A stretch of 64,000 nt of DNA from Brachyspira sp. CAG:484 (GTDB taxonomy: Bacteria > Cyanobacteriota > Vampirovibrionia > Gastranaerophilales > Gastranaerophilaceae), in contig HF989717.1 of NCBI GenBank assembly GCA_000431315.1, positions 47,925 through 111,924 on the forward strand, read 5' to 3'. Below, in pieces: positions 57,125 to 64,000 of this stretch. Under the pieces are notes generated by a model that worked only from the letters and a program-made list of their open reading frames with translations, was not told where the DNA came from and ran no database searches. A program made the position numbers and the translations under genes. Each line of letters starts with the position of its first letter. Position 1 is the first letter of the stretch.

Positions 57125-57475
57125 GTGCATATAAAAGAACCGCAGCACAAGATTAGAGGTATTATGAGTTTAAAAAAATCTTTTGCTCAAAATTTAAAAC
57201 AACTGAGAAAGCGAAAAGGTTTGACGCAGGAAGAACTTGCCGAACTTGTTGAAGTTGCGCCAAGACATATTTCATTTATAGAAACAGCCAGAAGTTTTCC
57301 GTCCTGTGATTTGCTTGAAAGAATTAGCAAAGTCCTGAATATTGAATATGCAGAACTATTTAACTTTGAAGAAGAAATCTCCCGTACAGATTTGATAAAA
57401 CGTATAACTCTCTCTCTTGAAAGGTTTGATGACGAAAAGTTAAAGTATATTTATAAAATGACAAATGAACTTTAA
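57125..57475 (+). CDS. XRE-family HTH transcriptional regulator
   Basis: LKQLRKRKGLTQEELAELVEVAPRHISFIE HTH. Confidence 0.5.
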   Translation: MHIKEPQHKIRGIMSLKKSFAQNLKQLRKRKGLTQEELAELVEVAPRHISFIETARSFPSCDLLERISKVLNIEYAELFNFEEEISRTDLIKRITLSLERFDDEKLKYIYKMTNEL

Positions 57476-57585
57476 AAATTTTTATTAATAATTGTATTTC
57501 TGTTTCCATCTGCATTTTACATTGAATAACTTTTGTTATAAAATAAAGTCACGAGTATAATAAATATTAAGAGGGAATTAAAGAA

Positions 57586-60066
57586 ATGCAAGTATCAATC
57601 AACTGGTTAAACGAATTCGTAGACTTATCAAACGTGGAAGATAAACAAATAGCCCATGAGCTTACTATGAGCGGGCTTGAAGTTGAAGCAATCGAAGAAG
57701 TTAAACCTCGATTTACCAATATAAAAACAGTTAAAATCGAAAAGATTGATAATCATCCGAACTCAGACCGCCTTCATCTTGTTACTGTAAACACAGGTTC
57801 CGGCGTAAAGACTGTTGTATGCGGCGCGCAGAATATCAAAGAAGGTCAAATCGTTCCGTATGCTTCTGTAGGAAGCCAGGTTCTTGACAGAAAAACCGGT
57901 GAAATGTTTACACTTACACCTGCTGTCATCCGCGGTGTGGAATCTCAGGGGATGCTTTGTTCTGCTGATGAACTAGGTGTTGCAGAACGCGGCTATCAGG
58001 AAGAGGACGGTATTTTAATCTTAAACAGAATATTCCCTGATGTTAAAATTGGTGAAAATGTAGAGGATGTTTTAGGTTTTGAGAAAGATACAATTATTGA
58101 TGTTGCACCTACTGCAAACAGAGGCGACCAGATGTCTGTAATAGGTGTAGCAAGAGAATTAAGCTCACTTTTTAATACACCTTTGAAATTCTCTCCTCTT
58201 GAAGCTGCAAGAGATTTTTCCACAGATAAATTTAAAGTTGAAATCATCGATAAGGATGTTTGTAAATATTATTCTGTGGGGATTTTGAAAGATATAAAAA
58301 TCAAGCCGTCACCGGACTGGATGCAGAAAAGACTTCTTGCATCCGGTATTCGTGCAATTAATAATGTAGTTGATATTACAAATTATGTTTTACTTGAATA
58401 CGGTACTCCGCTTCACGCGTTTGACCTTGATAAGCTTGACGGCTATCTTTGCGTAAGAAGGGCAAAAGAAGGCGAAAGCCTGGTTACTCTGGACGGAGTT
58501 GAACGTCAACTGACAAATGACAGTGTTTTGATTGCAACAAAAGATAAAGGGGTTTGTCTTGGCGGAGTATTTGGCGGTGAAAATTCAGAGATTGATGACA
58601 ATACAACTTCAATTGCACTGGAAGCTGCATACTTTACACCTGAAAGCAACAGAAAGTCTTCAAGAAGTGTAGGATACAGAAGTGAAGCCTGTGCAAGATT
58701 TGAACGCGGAATTGATATAGAAGCAGTTAAACCTGCACTTCTTCGTGCAATGCAGCTTCTGGTTGAACTCGCAGATGCCAGGGTTGAAGGAATTGTTGAG
58801 GACGGCAATAATAAGCTTGAGCCGCTTGAAATTACACTAAGATATGCCCAGATAAAAAGGATTTTAGGTTGTGAGATTGCGCCGGAAAAATGTGATTCAA
58901 TTCTTGAAAATCTCGGATTTAAAAAGCTTGGCGGAAATATTGCAGCAGCTAAGTTTCTGGTCCCGTCTTTCAGGGCTTATGATGTAACAAGAGAAATTGA
59001 TTTGATAGAAGAGATTGCTCGTATTAATGGTTATGACAAAGTAGCGCCTACATTACCGAGTAAAATGCAGACTCCGGTTATAACTCTTGAAGAACGTGTT
59101 ATCAAAAAAGTTCACGAGCTAATGCTCTCAGCCGGTTTGAATGAAATAGTTACTTCTTCATTAATCGGAAAATCTCTTCTTGATAAATTTATGATACCTT
59201 ATGATGACGCAAAAGCTGTTAAGGTTCTCAAACCTGTAAGCGAGGAGAGCACAATGCTCAGACAAACCCTTGCCGCAAACCTTCTTAACTGTATGAAGTC
59301 CAACTATGACAACGGTCAGAAAACTTTCTGGGCTTATGAAATAGGAAAAACTTATACAATTGAAAATGTTTCAGATGAAAAGAATACCGGAGTTAAAGAA
59401 ACCAGAGTTCTTGCCGGAATTTTAACAGGTGAGGTTGAAAATTCAAAATGGCAGGTTAAAACAGCGTCTGATTTCTTTACAGTGAAGGGTATTGTTGAGA
59501 GCCTGTTTAATGAATTAGGCGTTGAAAAAAGGATAAAACTTGTTTCTCTGGATAAATCTCCTCTTGCCAAAACACATGCAATTCTGCATCCATACAGAAG
59601 TGCAGCAATTAATGTTCTTGGCAAAAATATGACAACAATCGGTTACTTCGGACAGCTTCATCCTATTTTAAAAGATAAAATGAAACTAAATCAGGAAGCA
59701 TTTATATTTAAGATTGACCTTGATGCAGTAATTTCAATAATAAAAGAAACCGTTCCCAGATTTAAACATCTTCCGCAATTCCCTGAAGTAAAGCGTGATT
59801 TGGCGTTTGTGATTAATCAGGATGTTACATACGATGATATTCAGCGTGTAATAAAAGGCGGAGTTCAGCAGAATATATTTAAAGGCTGTGAAGTTTTTGA
59901 TGTTTATCAGGGCGACAATATCGAAAAAGGTTATAAGAGCCTTGCGTTCAGGATTTATATGCAGGACGAAAAGGCAACCCTTACTGATGATGTTATTGAA
60001 CGCCAGATGCAGTCTGTCAGAGAAAAACTTCAAAAAACTTATGCCGATATAACATTCAGGGAGTAA
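57586..60066 (+). CDS. pheT: phenylalanine--tRNA ligase beta subunit
   Basis: 826 aa with tRNA-binding, B3/B4, B5 and anticodon-binding FDX-ACB regions; N-terminus MQVSINWLNEFVDL is PheT-typical. Confidence 0.9.
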   Translation: MQVSINWLNEFVDLSNVEDKQIAHELTMSGLEVEAIEEVKPRFTNIKTVKIEKIDNHPNSDRLHLVTVNTGSGVKTVVCGAQNIKEGQIVPYASVGSQVLDRKTGEMFTLTPAVIRGVESQGMLCSADELGVAERGYQEEDGILILNRIFPDVKIGENVEDVLGFEKDTIIDVAPTANRGDQMSVIGVARELSSLFNTPLKFSPLEAARDFSTDKFKVEIIDKDVCKYYSVGILKDIKIKPSPDWMQKRLLASGIRAINNVVDITNYVLLEYGTPLHAFDLDKLDGYLCVRRAKEGESLVTLDGVERQLTNDSVLIATKDKGVCLGGVFGGENSEIDDNTTSIALEAAYFTPESNRKSSRSVGYRSEACARFERGIDIEAVKPALLRAMQLLVELADARVEGIVEDGNNKLEPLEITLRYAQIKRILGCEIAPEKCDSILENLGFKKLGGNIAAAKFLVPSFRAYDVTREIDLIEEIARINGYDKVAPTLPSKMQTPVITLEERVIKKVHELMLSAGLNEIVTSSLIGKSLLDKFMIPYDDAKAVKVLKPVSEESTMLRQTLAANLLNCMKSNYDNGQKTFWAYEIGKTYTIENVSDEKNTGVKETRVLAGILTGEVENSKWQVKTASDFFTVKGIVESLFNELGVEKRIKLVSLDKSPLAKTHAILHPYRSAAINVLGKNMTTIGYFGQLHPILKDKMKLNQEAFIFKIDLDAVISIIKETVPRFKHLPQFPEVKRDLAFVINQDVTYDDIQRVIKGGVQQNIFKGCEVFDVYQGDNIEKGYKSLAFRIYMQDEKATLTDDVIERQMQSVREKLQKTYADITFRE

Positions 60067-60071
60067 TAATT

Positions 60072-60716
60072 ATGAAAAAAATAATAATATCATTATTGTT
60101 ATTTTTTGCCCTTGCTTTAAATTGCGCGGCGGTTGATGTTATGCCGTCTTATGTAAGCCTTTCCAACACAAACACCCTGGGCGTGTATCAGGTTGGTAAT
60201 ACTATTGTGCTGCGCTCTGAGCCTGATGATAACGCTCCTATAACTAAAGTTATCAAATGGGATGACAGTAAGATTGAACCGGCTGAGCTGAAGTTTTCCG
60301 AAGTTTTTGTTGTTCTGATAAAATCGAAAGGTCTTGCCTTGATGGCAGTTACAGATGAAAATGAAGAGTGGGTTGAACTTCTGTATAACAACGAAACCGG
60401 AGAACGCGGCTGGATGAAAAAGGATGACCCGTTAAAATTTTCAACCTGGTATAACTTTTACAGTATGTACGGGCGAAAGTATGGGCTGTATATTTTGACA
60501 GGTTCGCCAAAAACAGCAAGGGAAATGCGCGGTTCAACCGATGATAATTCAAAGGTTATAGCAAATATAAATACTCCTGTAAAAATAAATTTGAACGTAA
60601 TCCGCGGCAACTGGATGCTTTTGAGTGTAATGGATATGGATGGTGTTCCGAAAACAGGCTACGTCCGCTGGAGAAGCGATGACGGGGTTAAATACCTTTT
60701 TCCGGCAATAAAATAA
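60072..60716 (+). CDS. secreted hypothetical protein
   Basis: Signal peptide MKKIIISLLLFFALALNCAA; no motif. Confidence 0.35.
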   Translation: MKKIIISLLLFFALALNCAAVDVMPSYVSLSNTNTLGVYQVGNTIVLRSEPDDNAPITKVIKWDDSKIEPAELKFSEVFVVLIKSKGLALMAVTDENEEWVELLYNNETGERGWMKKDDPLKFSTWYNFYSMYGRKYGLYILTGSPKTAREMRGSTDDNSKVIANINTPVKINLNVIRGNWMLLSVMDMDGVPKTGYVRWRSDDGVKYLFPAIK

Positions 60717-60725
60717 TGTGCTTCA

Positions 60726-60906
60726 TAGAGGCAAATGTGATATAATCTTGTAACCTGTAACTCCATACGCAAGACAACTGTAATCTGCTCAATCCAAAGC
60801 AAGTGAACTCGCTTACGCTCAGACAGCACTTGCATTTGTTATTATTTCGCAGAACATTGTCTGCTCATTACGTTGAGGTTACAAGATTATATCACATTTG
60901 CCTCTA
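60726..60906. repeat. 31 bp perfect inverted repeats flanking a 119 bp structured spacer
   Basis: TAGAGGCAAATGTGATATAATCTTGTAACCT (60726-60756) and its exact reverse complement (60876-60906). Confidence 0.8.
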
Positions 60907-61023
60907 GACTATAGAAATAAAGGTTTATTAATGTAACGTTTGTTAAAAACCTCTCGACAAAGCTTTTTGTTTGTTGTAACATTTGCTTACATGCAGAAAT
61001 ATAAATACTAAAGGAGAATTACT

Positions 61024-61518
61024 ATGCAGGTTATATTAAAAAAAGATGTTCAAAACCTCGGCGAAGCCGGTGATATGGTTAATGTAAAAGACGGTTATGC
61101 CAGAAACTTTCTTTTACCTCAAAACTTTGCAGAAATTGCAACTGAAGGCGCTGTTAAAAACCGCGAACAAAATTTAGCAAGAATTAAAGCTAAACAAGAA
61201 AAACTTCACAAAGAAGCTCTTGAAGTTGCTGAAAAAATTGAAAACTTTGCAGAATTGAAGTTAAGCGCTAAAGCAGGTGAATCAGGTAAACTGTTTGGTA
61301 CTATCACTACTAAAAAGTTAACTGAAGAATTACAGGCTCAAGCTGGTATTGAAGTTGACAGAAAGAACGTTTCTTTAAACGCTCCTATCAATAAAGTCGG
61401 CGAATACACTATGCTTATCAAATTAACTTCTAAAGTTAAAACAGAACTCAAAGTTACAGTTACAGCATCTGAAATCTTAAAAGAAGCTGTTGAAGAAGAA
61501 GTTTCTGAAGAAGCATAG
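61024..61518 (+). CDS. rplI: 50S ribosomal protein L9
   Basis: MQVILKKDVQNLGEAGDMVNVKDGYARNFLLPQNFAE N-terminal L9 signature. Confidence 0.85.
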   Translation: MQVILKKDVQNLGEAGDMVNVKDGYARNFLLPQNFAEIATEGAVKNREQNLARIKAKQEKLHKEALEVAEKIENFAELKLSAKAGESGKLFGTITTKKLTEELQAQAGIEVDRKNVSLNAPINKVGEYTMLIKLTSKVKTELKVTVTASEILKEAVEEEVSEEA

Positions 61519-61541
61519 TTTGTGAGTTGTAATTTGGAGGT

Positions 61542-62627
61542 TTGATGGGAGATTTATCAAAACTTAAGCTTGAATGTTTAGCGATAGGTTCCCTGCCTCA
61601 CAATAACTTAGAAGATGCAATGAATGTGGTAGAAAAATATTTTAATATTCCTTTCTGGCCGCAGCTCACTAAAATTAGTAAAAATGAAGACATGATTGTC
61701 CAGTTTCTGGAAAGCATGCCTTCATTTTTTATTGATAAAGAAAACGGCAAAGTCTTTCTGAATACTGAATATGATGAATTTTTTGAAGATCTGGAACAGT
61801 TCTTTATGGATTATGAGGAGATAACTGCTGATATAAATTCTCCTGCAATTGACAAGTATTCAATTTCAAAAGATTATTCATCCTCAATCCCGAAATTTTT
61901 GGAAATTATTAAAAACAAAAAGCCTGCTTATGCAAAAGGTCAAATTGTAGGTCCGTTTACTCTTGCAACCACACTTGTTGATAAAGACGGACGCTGTGCA
62001 ATTTATGATGAAACATTAAAAGAGATAATTATTAAAACACTTACGCTGAAGGCATTATGGCAGATTAAAGAAATTAAAAAAGCCTGTCCTGATACTATAC
62101 CGTTAATTTTTATTGATGAACCTTCAATATCCCAGCTTGGAACTTCTGCATATGTAACTGTTTCACAGGAAGAAGTTATTGAAATGTTTAAAGAAACTGC
62201 CGAAGCTATCCAAAATGCCGGAGCTCTCTGTGCAATCCATTGCTGTGGTAAATGCGACTGGTGTGTTCCAATTGAAAGCGGTATAAATATTATTAACCTG
62301 GATGCTTACAGTTTTGCCCGAAATCTTAGTGTTTTTAAAGACGATGTAGAAACTTTCCTTAAGCGTGGCGGAAAGATTGCCTGGGGTATAGTTCCAACTT
62401 TAGATAAGGAAGCTTTAGAAAAAGCTGATGAAAAAATTCTTGAAGAAAAATTCATTTCTGCAGTAAAATATTTGACCGAAAAGGGAATTGATGAGAAACT
62501 TGTTATAGATAATTCTATTATTACACCGTCCTGCGGTGCAGGCTCTTTGTCAGAGCCTCTGGCAGAAAAAGCCATGAGTTTAACAAAAAAATTGTCTGAT
62601 AGTTTAAAAGAGAGGTATAAAGTTTGA
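61542..62627 (+). CDS. uroporphyrinogen decarboxylase (URO-D) family protein (MtaA-like methyltransferase candidate)
   Basis: 361 aa TIM-barrel-like URO-D family features, Cys-rich IHCCGKCDWC; weak. Confidence 0.35.
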   Translation: MMGDLSKLKLECLAIGSLPHNNLEDAMNVVEKYFNIPFWPQLTKISKNEDMIVQFLESMPSFFIDKENGKVFLNTEYDEFFEDLEQFFMDYEEITADINSPAIDKYSISKDYSSSIPKFLEIIKNKKPAYAKGQIVGPFTLATTLVDKDGRCAIYDETLKEIIIKTLTLKALWQIKEIKKACPDTIPLIFIDEPSISQLGTSAYVTVSQEEVIEMFKETAEAIQNAGALCAIHCCGKCDWCVPIESGINIINLDAYSFARNLSVFKDDVETFLKRGGKIAWGIVPTLDKEALEKADEKILEEKFISAVKYLTEKGIDEKLVIDNSIITPSCGAGSLSEPLAEKAMSLTKKLSDSLKERYKV

Positions 62628-63382
62628 CCTGTAAATTAGCAATAACCGGTAAAAGCGGAAGCGGTAAAACTACAATTGTAAAGGCATTTTTGAAGATTTT
62701 TCAGGACCTTTTTCCGGATAAATCTATACTGTTATTTGATAATGATTTGGCAGGAGAACTCGGTCACAGCTTCGGGCTGGACATCCGTAATACAATTTAC
62801 GGTATCAGGAGCGGAAAACATGAATATAAAACCGGTATTCCTGAAAACATGTCTAAACAGGAATTTATTGAATGGGCTATGGAAGATATTCTTGTTCCGA
62901 TTAATGATAATGTAGATATTATTGTTTCGTGGTTTGTGGGATCAAAGGATTGCAGATGTCCTATTACAGGACAAATCAATGATGCTCTTCTAAAGCTTAT
63001 TGAAAGATATGATATTGTAATTTTTGATTGTGAATTTGACCTTAAATATCTTAACCAGTTAGTAGATACAGAAATTGATACAACAATTATTGTTGCTAAT
63101 CCATCAGAGGAAGCTGCTCATCTTGCCAAGCGAATTGAGGAATTTAGTTCTAAATATGCTGCCGGAAACCAGCTTGGTGTTGTGATTAACAGGGTTGAAA
63201 ACAGTGATATAACTTCCGTATATGAACTATTGAAAAAATATGAACTGGATGTTCTTGGAGTAATTCCTTTTGATAAAAGTCTGACAGAAAAAGAAAATTC
63301 TATTAGAAGAGATTCTCAAATAGTGGAAGATGCAATAAAACAGTTTTATTTCAGGCTTAATCTGCCTCAGGAGAAGGTGTAG
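62624..63382 (+). CDS. P-loop NTPase (CooC/MinD/ParA-like)
   Basis: N-terminal deviant Walker A ITGKSGSGKTT. Confidence 0.4.
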   Translation: MTCKLAITGKSGSGKTTIVKAFLKIFQDLFPDKSILLFDNDLAGELGHSFGLDIRNTIYGIRSGKHEYKTGIPENMSKQEFIEWAMEDILVPINDNVDIIVSWFVGSKDCRCPITGQINDALLKLIERYDIVIFDCEFDLKYLNQLVDTEIDTTIIVANPSEEAAHLAKRIEEFSSKYAAGNQLGVVINRVENSDITSVYELLKKYELDVLGVIPFDKSLTEKENSIRRDSQIVEDAIKQFYFRLNLPQEKV

Positions 63383-63390
63383 GTGCTGAT

Positions 63391-64000
63391 ATGGTTGAAA
63401 TTCTTGATGGTAAAAAGCTCAGGGATGAAATTCTAACCGAATTAAAGGTCAAAATTGATGCTTTTGATAAAAAGCCTTCACTTTGCGTTATTCTTGTCGG
63501 TGAAAATCCTGCAAGCAAAATCTACGTTAATAACAAGAAAAAAACTGCTGAAAAACTCGGGATTAATTCGCTTGTCCTGAATTATCCTCAAGACGTAACC
63601 GAGGATGTGCTTCTTGATAAGATTAAAGAATTAAATGCCGATGCAGGTGTGAACGCAATTCTTGTTCAGCTTCCTCTTCCATCACATATTAACAGCCGTA
63701 ATATTACAAATGCAATTGCTCCAATAAAAGATGTTGACGGCTTTACTCCTGAAAATTTTGGAAAACTTTTTGCCGGTCAGAAACCATATGTTTATCCTTG
63801 TACTCCAAAGGGGATATTACTGCTTTTAGATAAATATAATATTGAACTTGACGGTAAACACGTTGTCATAGTCGGACGTTCAAATATTGTCGGTAAACCT
63901 ATGGCTCAGATGATGCTTAACCGTAATGCAACAGTTACAGTTTGCCATAGCCATACAAAAAATCTCGCTGACATAACAAAAACTGCAGATGTGTTAATTT
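63391..64000 (+). CDS. folD: bifunctional methylenetetrahydrofolate dehydrogenase/cyclohydrolase, 3' end outside window
   Basis: ILDGKKLRDEIL...ILVGENPASKIYVNNKKK...AILVQLPLPSHIN...GVTPKG... classic FolD motifs. Confidence 0.8.
   Translation, partial: MVEILDGKKLRDEILTELKVKIDAFDKKPSLCVILVGENPASKIYVNNKKKTAEKLGINSLVLNYPQDVTEDVLLDKIKELNADAGVNAILVQLPLPSHINSRNITNAIAPIKDVDGFTPENFGKLFAGQKPYVYPCTPKGILLLLDKYNIELDGKHVVIVGRSNIVGKPMAQMMLNRNATVTVCHSHTKNLADITKTADVLI

Overview
Low-GC (~35-40%) Gram-negative chromosome carrying a ~40 kb composite prophage/transposable element (window start to ~39.9 kb) followed by ordinary host genes (40-64 kb). All product calls rest on motif recognition in the ORF translations; no database search was run.

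Prophage, late region: myovirus morphogenesis genes with Mu/P2-like products but a scrambled order. Minus strand, 5'->3': protease/scaffold, capsid, gp36-like, sheath, tube, then portal, Mu F-like, Mu G-like and a short tyrosine recombinase. Plus strand: terminase small/large, gpE-like chaperone, tape measure, gpU/X/D/V/W/J/I baseplate, tail fibers, amidase.

Accessory cargo: Dam methylase plus a PAPS-reductase-like PP-loop protein plus a second N6/N4 methylase inside the head module; an AT-rich Abi_2-like gene in the tail module; four small genes each preceded by a conserved ~100 bp intergenic element; a GC-rich palindromic mini-element inserted in-frame in the gp36-like gene and again intergenically.

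Mu-like early region and end: Ner-like, MuA-like DDE transposase, MuB-like ATPase, GemA-like, Mor-like, and a second transposase/AAA+ ATPase pair in tandem. The element ends near 39.86-39.89 kb with three direct ~28 bp subterminal repeats, inside a truncated NAD-dependent epimerase gene next to tRNA-His.

Host part: RpaB-like OmpR regulator, kdsB, prmA, accA, accD, smpB, opp transporter genes, MgtC, pheT, rplI, folD (partial), four type IV pilin-like paralogs (two carry poly-G tracts that frameshift them, i.e. likely phase variation), and a 31 bp perfect inverted repeat upstream of rplI.
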